The notes under the pieces were generated by a model. That model was not told the DNA's origin. It searched no databases and saw only the letters and a list, made by a program, of their open reading frames with translations. Shown here piece after piece: positions 43,825-52,045 of a stretch of DNA of 62,689 nucleotides (its first letter is position 1; each line of letters opens with the position of its first letter). Source of the DNA: Thermoplasmata archaeon (lineage in GTDB: Archaea; Thermoplasmatota; Thermoplasmata; RBG-16-68-12). The DNA lies in NCBI GenBank assembly GCA_035557795.1, contig DATMDM010000098.1, forward strand, positions 1 to 62,689, given 5' to 3'. The position numbers and the translations under genes were made by a program.

Positions 43825-44169
43825 TCAAAGCCCCACGAGCTGGATGCGATGGGTGAATCCCCACTCGGCGAGCGCGCGTTGAACTGTGGGTTCGCAGGCT
43901 TTCGGAATCCCGAGCACGAGTTTGTATTCGGATGGGAGGCCCCCGCAATAGCCTAGCAACTGCTCTTTCGTATCCTGTAAGGGAAAATCCTCGCAGAGTT
44001 TTGCTTCGCCGTAGACGATCTTTCCGAAGTAGTCCGCTTGGACATCCGGTACCATGTCGGCAACGGGATCCGCAGGAGTCTTCACGTTGGAGAGGCCTTG
44101 AGTCGTGAACCACGCGGCGAGCGCTTTCCGCATGCGTTCATGCTCGGCAGTCTCGGTTTTCCCAACCAT
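43825..44169 (-). CDS. Hypothetical protein
   Basis: ATG 44169 (MVGKTETAEHE). Contains PDVQADY...YGEAK, loosely reminiscent of a PD-(D/E)xK signature. Confidence 0.4.
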   Translation of the reverse strand: MVGKTETAEHERMRKALAAWFTTQGLSNVKTPADPVADMVPDVQADYFGKIVYGEAKLCEDFPLQDTKEQLLGYCGGLPSEYKLVLGIPKACEPTVQRALAEWGFTHRIQLVGL

Positions 44170-44386
44170 ACCGCCGACTAGCCAACGGCTGCGATATGAA
44201 GGTATCCGGGAGGGCGGCGACACAGACCTCGCTCATCGGGGATCGTCAGCGAACCGATGACGTTGTGAATCGTCAGGTAAACCACCGAGGGGACGGCGCG
44301 AGCGGAACGTTTCGACCGGAAGGAGCCTTCGAATCCTCTCCATGGGCCGACCTTATTACCTCCCCGCTCGATGGCGCCGTCGGTCC

Positions 44387-45025
44387 ATGAGCGCGCGAGG
44401 AGGCACCGTCTCCGGACTCGGGAAGACGAGGGTCGAGGCCCTCACGGATGGCATCTTCGGAGCCGTGATGACGGTCCTCGGACTCAGCCTGACCATCCCG
44501 TACATCACGGGCCCCGCAAACCAACAGCTCCCAGCCCTTGAGGACATCGTGACGGGAGTCCTGACGTACGCGCTCAGCTTCGTCACGGTCGGGGTCTTCT
44601 GGGTCGGTCACCATGTTGGATTCCAAATCGTGAAGCGCACGGATCGGACGTTCATCTGGCTCAACAATTCCTTCCTCCTGTTCATCGGCCTGCTCCCGCT
44701 GACGACGGCCCTCCTGGGACACCACCCGTTCCAGCAGGTGACCATCGTGGCCTACGGGCTCAACCTCCTCGCGATCCAGATTTTCATGTTCCTGACGATC
44801 TGGTACGCCACCCTCCATCATCATCTCGTGGAAGCGGGCCTCAACGACCGCTTCATCTGGCTGGCGCGGCGCCGGATGCTCATGGGACCCGGTTTCTCCG
44901 CGGCGGCCATCCTCCTCTCCTTCCTCAACCCCGTCTTCAGCCTTGGGGCCTACGTGCTCTATCCCGTGTTCTTCATCACGCCCGGTCGAATCGATCGACT
45001 CTGGCGGCGCCAAGAAGTGAAGTAG
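44387..45025 (+). CDS. DUF1211 / TMEM175-like membrane protein (putative K+ channel family)
   Basis: RVEALTDGIFGAVMTVL matches the RxxxFSDGxxAxxxTLL signature, and several TM helices follow. An alternative ATG is at 44342. Confidence 0.75.
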   Translation: MSARGGTVSGLGKTRVEALTDGIFGAVMTVLGLSLTIPYITGPANQQLPALEDIVTGVLTYALSFVTVGVFWVGHHVGFQIVKRTDRTFIWLNNSFLLFIGLLPLTTALLGHHPFQQVTIVAYGLNLLAIQIFMFLTIWYATLHHHLVEAGLNDRFIWLARRRMLMGPGFSAAAILLSFLNPVFSLGAYVLYPVFFITPGRIDRLWRRQEVK

Positions 45026-45109
45026 GACCGATCGGCCGCACGGCATGGAAACAACGGGTCGAAAGCCACCGCAGGCATTCGAACGGCAGATGCCTCCGGT
45101 AAAAGTGGG

Positions 45110-45151
45110 AGCCGCCAGAGGGCTTCGATCCCCCGACCTGCAGTTTACGAA
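45110..45151 (-). pseudogene. 3' half of a disrupted tRNA-Thr(CGT) (copy A)
   Basis: TTCGTAA-ACTGC-AGGTC-GGGGG-ATCGAAG-CCCTC-TGGCGGC-T. The acceptor 3' strand is complementary to the 5' half at 46540-46578. Confidence 0.65.
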
Positions 45152-45189
45152 TTTGTCGTTTGCACAAACACCTACGATTTGAGAGTAGG

Positions 45190-45293
45190 AGCCGCCTGAG
45201 GGCTTTGCTCCCTCGACCTGCAGTTCCTTCGGTGCAAGCGTCTTCCGCCTGCGCATACGAAACTGCCGCTCTGCTGGGCTGAGCTAAGGCGGC
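45190..45293 (-). tRNA. tRNA-Thr (CGT), copy B, with a 30-nt intron at 37/38 and a non-canonical T-loop
   Basis: GCCGCCT-TA-GCTC-AGCCCAGCA-GAGC-G-GCAGT-TTCGTA[intron 45226-45255]A-ACTGC-AGGTC-GAGGG-AGCAAAG-CCCTC-AGGCGGC-T. TTCG in the loop can pair with CGAA in the intron, leaving 3-nt bulges at both junctions (bulge-helix-bulge-like). Confidence 0.65.
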
Positions 45294-45646
45294 GCAAGTC
45301 GCCCAGAATCCTGCGGTGGTTATCAAGGCTACGGCACGAGGAGCCGCTGGCCCAAGGCGCTGTCCTCAACGGTTGAAAGCGTTCGAAGGCTGGTTTGATG
45401 GGTGACTATCGGTCTAGTCCCGGCCTGACTGCCATCTAGACAGGCAGTTGGAACCTGATCATCGGTGTGTCGCAAGAGCCGGTCCGCGGGTGAACTTGTG
45501 TCGCTTAGCCATCCCGCAGGTCGCGGACCAGGTACCCCAATCCTCGCCACGCAACCTATTAGCCGGAGAGTCAAGCTGAAACCATCCAGCGCGATTATGG
45601 AACGCTGAGGGCCTTGGACGGGCGAGACAACACGATTGGCCGGAAC

Positions 45647-46417
45647 ATGATTCTTGTAGTCCTTGAAGGAGACGGCCCACTCAAAGAAATGACCCTCAGT
45701 GGCGCAGTGGTTGGAGACGCCAAGTCGAAGGTTAGCCCTGGGACCGCGTACATCGTACGGATGGAAGAGCGCTCGGAAGATGCTCTCAGAATTTACACTC
45801 CCGACCCACGATTCCTCCTGGTTGATCTCGAGGACCTCCCTGCCATGCGCCTTCCAGGCATGCCCGATTACATTGGCGGCGCATTCGTCCGTCTTCATGC
45901 CAAAACATCCTACGGCGACGATCAGGAGTCTTCCGTGTTCAGCAAGTTCCTAGGGACCGCAGAAGTCGTAGAGCGTGAGGGGCAACGCCTACTCTCGACA
46001 CCTCGCGCTGCTTACGAACAGGCCGCAAACGAGATGATCGCATATGCGATGGACTTGCATCGCATCAAGTTGGAGATCGGAATCGCGTCGTTACGTGACG
46101 CGGCCACCGTAATGATTGAGATGGCTCCACCGGGCGGGTATTCCTCGCTGCCCCTTGGAAGGGCGATTTTTCTGTGGGGTTCGTTCCTGGGAGAATGCAT
46201 CTTAAAGGAGTTCGAGGGACGATGGTTTCAAGACCCCAAGATCGGAGAGCTAGTGCTAGTACCGCGGGGGCCACTGCCTCCAGCCAAGGTGTCTCCGTTT
46301 CGGATCGCAGAACGACTTATTCGTAGAAAGGAAGGCGCAGTTGCGGTCTTGGCCTGGCTGGAACGAGTTAAGGAGGCGAAGGCTTCCACGGAGTTCGCGC
46401 CCCCACTGGTGAGGTAG
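45647..46417 (+). CDS. Hypothetical protein inside the lower-GC insert
   Basis: First ATG of the 45614 ORF. Balanced amino-acid composition and no recognisable motif. Partly antisense to ORF 45329..45898. Confidence 0.45.
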   Translation: MILVVLEGDGPLKEMTLSGAVVGDAKSKVSPGTAYIVRMEERSEDALRIYTPDPRFLLVDLEDLPAMRLPGMPDYIGGAFVRLHAKTSYGDDQESSVFSKFLGTAEVVEREGQRLLSTPRAAYEQAANEMIAYAMDLHRIKLEIGIASLRDAATVMIEMAPPGGYSSLPLGRAIFLWGSFLGECILKEFEGRWFQDPKIGELVLVPRGPLPPAKVSPFRIAERLIRRKEGAVAVLAWLERVKEAKASTEFAPPLVR

Positions 46418-46539
46418 CACTCTTTGGGTCTTCGATCTTTCAGACCCCGAATTGACATTCGCAAGTTCTGGTCTCCTGCTCTAGCCGCTGATAACGTCCG
46501 TCTAATGGGTAGAAAAATCTGTAGCGTCGTCTCGACAGA

Positions 46540-46578
46540 TTACGAAACTGCCGCTCTGCCGGGCTGAGCTATGGCGGC
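46540..46578 (-). pseudogene. 5' half of the disrupted tRNA-Thr(CGT) (copy A)
   Basis: GCCGCCA-TA-GCTC-AGCCCGGCA-GAGC-G-GCAGT-TTCGTAA, followed by the hairpin AATCTGT-cgagacgacgct-ACAGATT (46516-46541). Confidence 0.65.
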
Positions 46579-46583
46579 ATTTG

Positions 46584-46649
46584 CGCGATCGCTGCGGTAC
46601 AGGCGGTAAGGCGGAGGATCCGCTCCAACCGGCTGAGCTACGGTCGCGC
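46584..46649 (-). other. tRNA-like fragment (acceptor strand plus D arm only) closed by a 6-bp helix
   Basis: GCGACCG-TA-GCTC-AGCCGGTTG-GAGC, then sequence that I could not fold into anticodon or T arms. GCGCGA (46649-46644) pairs with TCGCGC (46589-46584). A TCTTTAT TATA-like box lies about 30 nt upstream on the minus strand. Confidence 0.3.
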
Positions 46650-46740
46650 GAGCGGAAGGAAAAGCTCCCACGCCATAAAGATTCCGAGGACATCCGCAGC
46701 CCCCGGACAACGTTTAAACGCGACCCGACCATCGCGCGGT

Positions 46741-47874
46741 GTGCAGCGCGTCTCCGGCTGGTATTACGACGGCCGCCGGTTCCGGGAGGGGACGGTGGGA
46801 TGGGAAGACGACGTCGTCGTCGAGGTCCGCTCCGGGCGCGCTCGGGCTCCGCTTGCGGAAGGCCTGATAGTTCCAGGAATGTGGAACGCGCACACGCACC
46901 TGGGCGACGCGATCGTGACGCAGGAACTGAAAGGGACCCTCGAGGAACTCGTCGCACCGCCACACGGCCTCAAGCATCGGGTCCTCGCGAAGGCGAAAGA
47001 CGCCGCGGTGATCGCCGCGATGCGACGGGCCATGGCGACGATGGTGCGGACCGGAACCACGGGGTTCGCTGACTTCCGCGAAGGAGGACTCAAGGGACTC
47101 AAACTGCTCTATGCGGCGGCTGCCATGCTACCGATCCAAGGGATCGCCCTCGGTCGGCCGGTCGAGCTGTCATACGATCCGCGAGAGGTGGCGGCAATCC
47201 TGCGCGCATCAGACGGGATCGCGGTGAGCTCGTACATCGATTGGCCGCGTCACGCGATCGAGAAGCTCGCGGCGGACGTCCGACGGGCGAAGAAGATCTT
47301 CGCGATCCATTGCTCCGAACGAGTGCGGGAAGACGTTGACACGGTCCTGGATTTAAAGCCCGCATTCCTCGTCCACATGGTCCAGGCGACGGATGCGGAC
47401 CTCGAGCGGTGCGCCGACGCGGACGTCCCGATCGTCGTCTGTCCGCGCTCGAATGCGTTCTTCGGGATGACACCGGACATTCCGCGCATGCTGGGGCACG
47501 GCGTGGAGCTCCGTTTGGGAACGGACAACGCGATGATCAACACGCCGTCCCTTCTGCGGGAAATGGAATTCGCGTATCGCGTCGCCCGGATGAACGGCGG
47601 CGTGCCGGCGCGCGAGATTTTCGAAATGGCGCTCCGCGGACGTCGTCTCGCCGATCCGGACGGTCATTCCGGGATTCGCGTCGGTGCCCGCGCCGACCTC
47701 GTCATCCTGGATCTCCCGGGCGGGTCGAACGCGTTTGCTTCCCTTGTGCGAGCCTCGGCGAGCGACATCCGACTCGTCGTCTCTGGCGGACGGCCATGGC
47801 CCGCTCCGGCTCCGTCGGTCCGGGACGCGTCGATGATCCGGGGACGGCGACGCGGCGTCACACGCTCGACCTGA
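46741..47874 (+). CDS. Amidohydrolase / aminohydrolase (chlorohydrolase-deaminase-like)
   Basis: GTG start. GLIVPGMWNAHTHLGD metal-binding HxH motif, FAIHCSE and LGTDN. Confidence 0.8.
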   Translation: MQRVSGWYYDGRRFREGTVGWEDDVVVEVRSGRARAPLAEGLIVPGMWNAHTHLGDAIVTQELKGTLEELVAPPHGLKHRVLAKAKDAAVIAAMRRAMATMVRTGTTGFADFREGGLKGLKLLYAAAAMLPIQGIALGRPVELSYDPREVAAILRASDGIAVSSYIDWPRHAIEKLAADVRRAKKIFAIHCSERVREDVDTVLDLKPAFLVHMVQATDADLERCADADVPIVVCPRSNAFFGMTPDIPRMLGHGVELRLGTDNAMINTPSLLREMEFAYRVARMNGGVPAREIFEMALRGRRLADPDGHSGIRVGARADLVILDLPGGSNAFASLVRASASDIRLVVSGGRPWPAPAPSVRDASMIRGRRRGVTRST

Positions 47875-47930
47875 TGAAACATCCGTCGCCCACCCCATCC
47901 TTTATCCTGAGGCGCCACTTTCTGGCGCCA

Positions 47931-49415
47931 ATGGCCGCCTACGACGACGTGATGTCGTTGTCCATCCGCCGCGGTTTCCTGTGGCCCGCGGTCGATTTGT
48001 ATGGGGGCTTCGCGGGTTTCTACGACTATGGCCACAACGGCTTCCTCCTGCGCCGCCGGTGGGAAGACCTCTGGACCGAGACCTTCCTGGGATTGAGCGA
48101 TAACTACTACCTCATCGACACGACCACGATCCTCCCGGAGGCGCCTCTCAAAGCCTCCGGCCACGTGGACCACTTCTCGGACCTCCTGGTCACGTGCACG
48201 CGGTGCGGGGAATCATACCGCGGGGATCAGCTGCTCGAGACGGCGACGCACGAAGAGCACGAAGGGCTCACACCCGCAGAGCTGGACGCTCGAATCCGCG
48301 AGTTGAAAATCCGTTGCCCCAACTGCAAAGGCGAGCTTGGGCCGGCACGACCCTTCAACATGATGTTCCCGCTGGACGTCGGGCCGACTGGAGGAGATCG
48401 CGCGTACCTTCGGCCGGAGACCGCCCAGGGTGTCTACCTGAATTTCAAGCGGGAGTTCGAGGCGTTGCGCCGGAAGCTTCCGATGGGGCTCGCGATCGTC
48501 GGGCGGGCGTACCGGAACGAGATCAGCCCACGCCAGGGCGCGTACCGCATGCGCGAATTCCTCCAGGCGGAACTCCAGATCTTCTTCAACCCTGCGACGT
48601 TCGCAGACGGACTGCCGTTCGACGCAATCGCAGCCACACCAATCCGCATTGCGTGGGCCTCGGAGAAAAACCAGCCCGGTGCGCACGACATTCTCCCGAA
48701 GGATCTCGTCGCGCGCGATCTGCCACGCTGGTACGTCTATCACCTCGCCGCGGTTCAGCGATTCTATCTCGAGCGGCTCCGGGTCCCGCGAGACGCGTTC
48801 CGCTTTGCGGAGCTCGATGAGAAGGAGCGCGCGTTTTACAACAAGATCCACTTCGACATCCAGGTGAAACAGGAGAGCCTCGGCGGATTCAAGGAGGTCG
48901 GAGGTGTCCACTACCGGACGGACCACGACCTGAAGGGTCACGAGGCGATGTCTCACGCGAAGCAGTCCGTCACCTTCGACGGATCGCGGCTCATTCCCCA
49001 TGTCCTCGAATTGTCCTTTGGCGTGGATCGCAACGTGTGGGCCTTGCTCGACCTGTCGTACAGCAAAGGCGAGCGGATCGTCTTGCGACTCCCGCCGCGG
49101 CTGGCGCCCGTGAGCGTTGGCGTCTTCCCCCTTGTGAACAAAGACGGGCTCCCGGAAAAGGCCGAGACGCTCCACGCAAGCCTGAGGAAGCGCCTCGCCG
49201 CCTTCTATGACGACTCCGGTTCAATCGGCCGACGGTACGCTCGCATGGACGAAATTGGTACGCCCTTCACTGTCACGGTGGACCACGAGTCGCTCGAAGG
49301 AAAAGGGGTCACCCTCCGCGAGCGGGATTCGCAGAAGCAGATTCGTCTGACCGAGTCCGAGCTCGCCGACACGCTCACGCAACTCCTCACCGGCGACAAG
49401 ACGTTCGGCGCGTGA
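47931..49415 (+). CDS. glyS: Glycine--tRNA ligase (archaeal/eukaryotic dimeric type)
   Basis: MAAYDDVMSLSIRRGFLWPAVDLYGGFAGFYDYGHNG, YLRPETAQG, GRAYRNEISPRQG..R.REF and a C-terminal anticodon-binding pattern. An alternative ATG at 47874 overlaps the preceding stop. Confidence 0.9.
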   Translation: MAAYDDVMSLSIRRGFLWPAVDLYGGFAGFYDYGHNGFLLRRRWEDLWTETFLGLSDNYYLIDTTTILPEAPLKASGHVDHFSDLLVTCTRCGESYRGDQLLETATHEEHEGLTPAELDARIRELKIRCPNCKGELGPARPFNMMFPLDVGPTGGDRAYLRPETAQGVYLNFKREFEALRRKLPMGLAIVGRAYRNEISPRQGAYRMREFLQAELQIFFNPATFADGLPFDAIAATPIRIAWASEKNQPGAHDILPKDLVARDLPRWYVYHLAAVQRFYLERLRVPRDAFRFAELDEKERAFYNKIHFDIQVKQESLGGFKEVGGVHYRTDHDLKGHEAMSHAKQSVTFDGSRLIPHVLELSFGVDRNVWALLDLSYSKGERIVLRLPPRLAPVSVGVFPLVNKDGLPEKAETLHASLRKRLAAFYDDSGSIGRRYARMDEIGTPFTVTVDHESLEGKGVTLRERDSQKQIRLTESELADTLTQLLTGDKTFGA

Positions 49416-49419
49416 GCCC

Positions 49420-50034
49420 ATGGCGTCGTCACGCCACGTCGACGCTTTCGTCCGCCGCCTCGAGGATGGGATCGCGCAGGAGATCCACGGTCGCAGCCGC
49501 GTCGCCCTCGCCTACTCGGGGGGACTCGCGAGTACCCTCATCGCGATGATTGCGCGAAAACGATCCGTGCTGGACTGCGTCGTCGCCGGCGTCGACGGAT
49601 CGTCCGACGTCCTCGCCGCGAAGGCCGCGAAAGCGCATCTCGACTACCGGGTCGAGTATGTGATCCTGACTCGCGAGGACGCGATGCGAATCCGCGCACG
49701 GATTGCGCGGTCCCATCCGGGAATGCCGCTGCGTGACGTCCACAACCTGGTGCCACTCCATGCGGCACTCGAACGCGCGGAAGGCCGCACGATGCTTTCC
49801 GGTTTCGGAGTGCCCCGGCCCGGCGCGGCGATAGTTACGGCTCTCAGGCATGCTGCCGTCGTCTGGCCTCTTCACGCGATCGCGCGCGGGACGACTCTCT
49901 CACGCTCCGTGGTCCGAGCCGCGGCCACCTCGCTCGGCCTCCCGCCGGATTGGGCTCGCGTGTCTCACCGCACTCCGGCCGAAGGCGCGGGCATTCGGAA
50001 CTGGCTCCGCGGATCGAACGATGACGCACACTGA
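49420..50034 (+). CDS. PP-loop (adenine nucleotide alpha-hydrolase-like) protein
   Basis: VALAYSGGLASTL resembles the SGGxDS PP-loop. 204 aa. Starts 4 nt after glyS. Confidence 0.55.
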   Translation: MASSRHVDAFVRRLEDGIAQEIHGRSRVALAYSGGLASTLIAMIARKRSVLDCVVAGVDGSSDVLAAKAAKAHLDYRVEYVILTREDAMRIRARIARSHPGMPLRDVHNLVPLHAALERAEGRTMLSGFGVPRPGAAIVTALRHAAVVWPLHAIARGTTLSRSVVRAAATSLGLPPDWARVSHRTPAEGAGIRNWLRGSNDDAH

Positions 50035-50185
50035 CCACTCCGCTCAATCCCGTTTGTGAGAATCACGAAGCCCGCGAATTTCCTTCCGATGATGCACCGA
50101 GAGCAAGATTAAATAGACCCCTCACGAATGGTCGCCGTGGTCGGCGTCCGCGAGGCGGACAATCGGTTGGGGGGGCTCCAACCAA

Positions 50186-51151
50186 ATGCAAAATCGAACA
50201 GCGCGCGTACCACGCTTCATCTCCGGGGTCGCCCTCCTCCTTCTCGCGTTCACGCTCACGGCCTCGCTCGCTTCCGCGGTCCCTCGCCGCTCGTACTATC
50301 AGCTCGCGGTAATCCTGAACGATTCCCATGCGCCCGACGTGGACTTCACGTTCTGGTTAGATTCGCCGTATCCGAACAATCTGAGCTATAGCGATACGAT
50401 GGCCGCGACGATCAGCATCACGGCGGTCTTCGGTTCCGAACTCGCCTACCAGCAGCAGGCGGGCGGCACGTACCATGAGGTCGTGTCCAACAAGATCGGA
50501 GACTGGTCCTTCTACGCCAACACGACGGAGACGTCGCAGACCGCGAGTCCCGTCTTCACCACGGTCGCCGTCACGGTGACGTACACGGACAACTTTGATC
50601 AGAACCCCCGGACGATTTATCGGTCCCTGACGTTCGCGCTCAAGTACGTCGCGCCTCCGCCTCCCGTGAACACCATCTGGGCGGCGGCTGCCGGCCTCGG
50701 CGCCGCGGGGGTGCTCGGCCTCGGCGTGTACGTGACCCGACGTGCGCGTCTCGAGGAACTGTACCTGATGCACGACAGCGGAATGCTGATCCGCCACTGG
50801 TCGCGCACGCAAGGCATGGTTCACGACAGCGACATCATGAGCGGGATGCTGATCGTCCTCCAGGAGTTCGTCCGAGACTCGTTCGACGATCGGGGCGGGA
50901 CGCTCGAGCAGTTGCGCTTCGGGCAACGCCAGGTCCTCATGCTCCGAGGCGAGCACACGGTCCTCGCCGCCGTGATCGTCGGCCGATACCTGAACAACCT
51001 GCCAAGGAAACTCCAAATCGCGGTGTGGGAATTCGAACGGTCGCACTCGGACATCCTCGCGAGGTGGGACGGAGACGTGGCGCTCCTGCCGCAGGCGGAT
51101 CTGATTGCGGCGCGGTTCATTCGCCCGCGGCTCCGACTTCATCCGAACTGA
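50186..51151 (+). CDS. Single-pass membrane protein: secreted N-domain, TM helix, cytoplasmic roadblock/LC7-like domain
   Basis: Signal peptide FISGVALLLLAFTLTASLASA. TM helix IWAAAAGLGAAGVLGLGVYV. Cytoplasmic LYLMHDSGMLIRHW...DSDIMSGMLIVLQEFVRDSF...QRQVLMLRGEHTVLAAVIVG fits a beta-alpha-beta-beta-alpha roadblock pattern by eye. Confidence 0.65.
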   Translation: MQNRTARVPRFISGVALLLLAFTLTASLASAVPRRSYYQLAVILNDSHAPDVDFTFWLDSPYPNNLSYSDTMAATISITAVFGSELAYQQQAGGTYHEVVSNKIGDWSFYANTTETSQTASPVFTTVAVTVTYTDNFDQNPRTIYRSLTFALKYVAPPPPVNTIWAAAAGLGAAGVLGLGVYVTRRARLEELYLMHDSGMLIRHWSRTQGMVHDSDIMSGMLIVLQEFVRDSFDDRGGTLEQLRFGQRQVLMLRGEHTVLAAVIVGRYLNNLPRKLQIAVWEFERSHSDILARWDGDVALLPQADLIAARFIRPRLRLHPN

Positions 51152-51226
51152 GGCCCGTGTATTCGCATCGCTGACATTGAGTCAGCAAGCGTTATAAGAG
51201 TGGCCCCTGCATGGAGCGATGCCGTC

Positions 51227-52045
51227 ATGGTCGATGACCACGTCAAGCGAAAGATCTTGCTCCTCGGCGACGGCGCCGTGGGTAAGACGAGCCTCATCCG
51301 GCGCTTCGTCGTCGACAAGTTCTCGGACGATTACATCACGACGATCGGCACGAAAGTCACAAAGAAAGATTTGCGAATCGAGTCGCCCAGCAAGGCGACC
51401 GACATGACGTTCATGATCTGGGACGTCCTGGGCCAAAAGGGGTACCGGGGGATCCAAGAGAGTTCGTTCCAGGGGGCGAAAGGCGCGCTCCTGGTCTACG
51501 ACGTGACGCGCACGGAGACGGCCGAGAGCCTCCACGAGTATTGGATCCCGCATCTGCTCTCTGTCACCGATCCGATCCCGATCGTCCTCGTCGCGAACAA
51601 AGTGGACCTCGCTGACTCCCGTCGGAAGGTCCAAGAAGATCTGGACGACCTGAAGGACGTCCTCCAGGTGGACGGCTTCGTGAGCTCCGCGAAGACGGGC
51701 CTGAACGTCGAAGCGGGGTTCTTCGGACTCGCCAAGGCGATGATCGCGAAAGCGGATGCGAAGGTCGCGAAACGAGACGCCGTCGAAGAGACTTGGAATC
51801 CATACATCGCGGTCACGGACCAGATCATCGTGGACTTCTGCGAATTCATGGGAGGTCAGGAGGCCGCGATGCCGATCGTCCGCCAGCAACTCACGCGCGC
51901 GGGCATCGACGTCAAGGCACCGACGAAGGAGGGCCTGCGTCTCGCGGTCGACTACTTGGCGGAAGCGGAGTCGTCGTTCCGCAACGCCGCGGACGTCGAG
52001 GCGAGCAAGCTCCGACGGCTCGGCTGGATCAAGGAAGTCGCCTGA
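51227..52045 (+). CDS. Ras-superfamily (Rab/Arf-like) small GTPase with about 100-aa C-terminal extension
   Basis: G1 LLGDGAVGKTS, G2 TIG, G3 WDVLGQ, G4 NKVD, G5 SAK. TATA GTTATAAGAG lies at 51191-51200, about 30 nt before the ATG, which suggests a leaderless transcript. Confidence 0.85.
   Translation: MVDDHVKRKILLLGDGAVGKTSLIRRFVVDKFSDDYITTIGTKVTKKDLRIESPSKATDMTFMIWDVLGQKGYRGIQESSFQGAKGALLVYDVTRTETAESLHEYWIPHLLSVTDPIPIVLVANKVDLADSRRKVQEDLDDLKDVLQVDGFVSSAKTGLNVEAGFFGLAKAMIAKADAKVAKRDAVEETWNPYIAVTDQIIVDFCEFMGGQEAAMPIVRQQLTRAGIDVKAPTKEGLRLAVDYLAEAESSFRNAADVEASKLRRLGWIKEVA

Larger units (their letters stand above)
45152..46539. mobile_element. 1388-bp lower-GC insert in the anticodon loop of tRNA-Thr copy A (possible remnant of an integrated element)
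   Basis: Flanked by a 7-bp direct repeat TTCGTAA (45145-45151 and 46540-46546). GC is visibly lower than in the flanks. Carries tRNA-Thr copy B and one or two orphan ORFs. No integrase recognised. Confidence 0.4.

Noticed and set aside
45026-45109. Possible further tRNA remnant (GTTCGAAT on the minus strand at 45077-45084) downstream of the Thr 3' half
   Set aside because: The flanks do not form a T stem. The sequence lies inside a GGCAT...ATGCC hairpin, which is more simply a terminator-like structure after the TMEM175-like gene.
45329-45898. 189-aa minus-strand ORF inside the lower-GC insert
   Set aside because: It overlaps the 5' part of the plus-strand 257-aa ORF antisense, and its C-terminal half is low-complexity. 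Neither ORF has a motif. The plus-strand ORF was kept at low confidence as the longer and more balanced one.
45110-46578. Reading the separated tRNA-Thr halves as a functional split tRNA or a giant intron
   Set aside because: The trailer after the 5' half and the leader before the 3' half share only a 5-bp complementarity (TGTCG/CGACA). That leaves a 9x9-nt internal loop rather than a bulge-helix-bulge motif. The 7-nt duplication and the GC drop fit insertion better. The split-tRNA reading is kept as an alternative in the finding.
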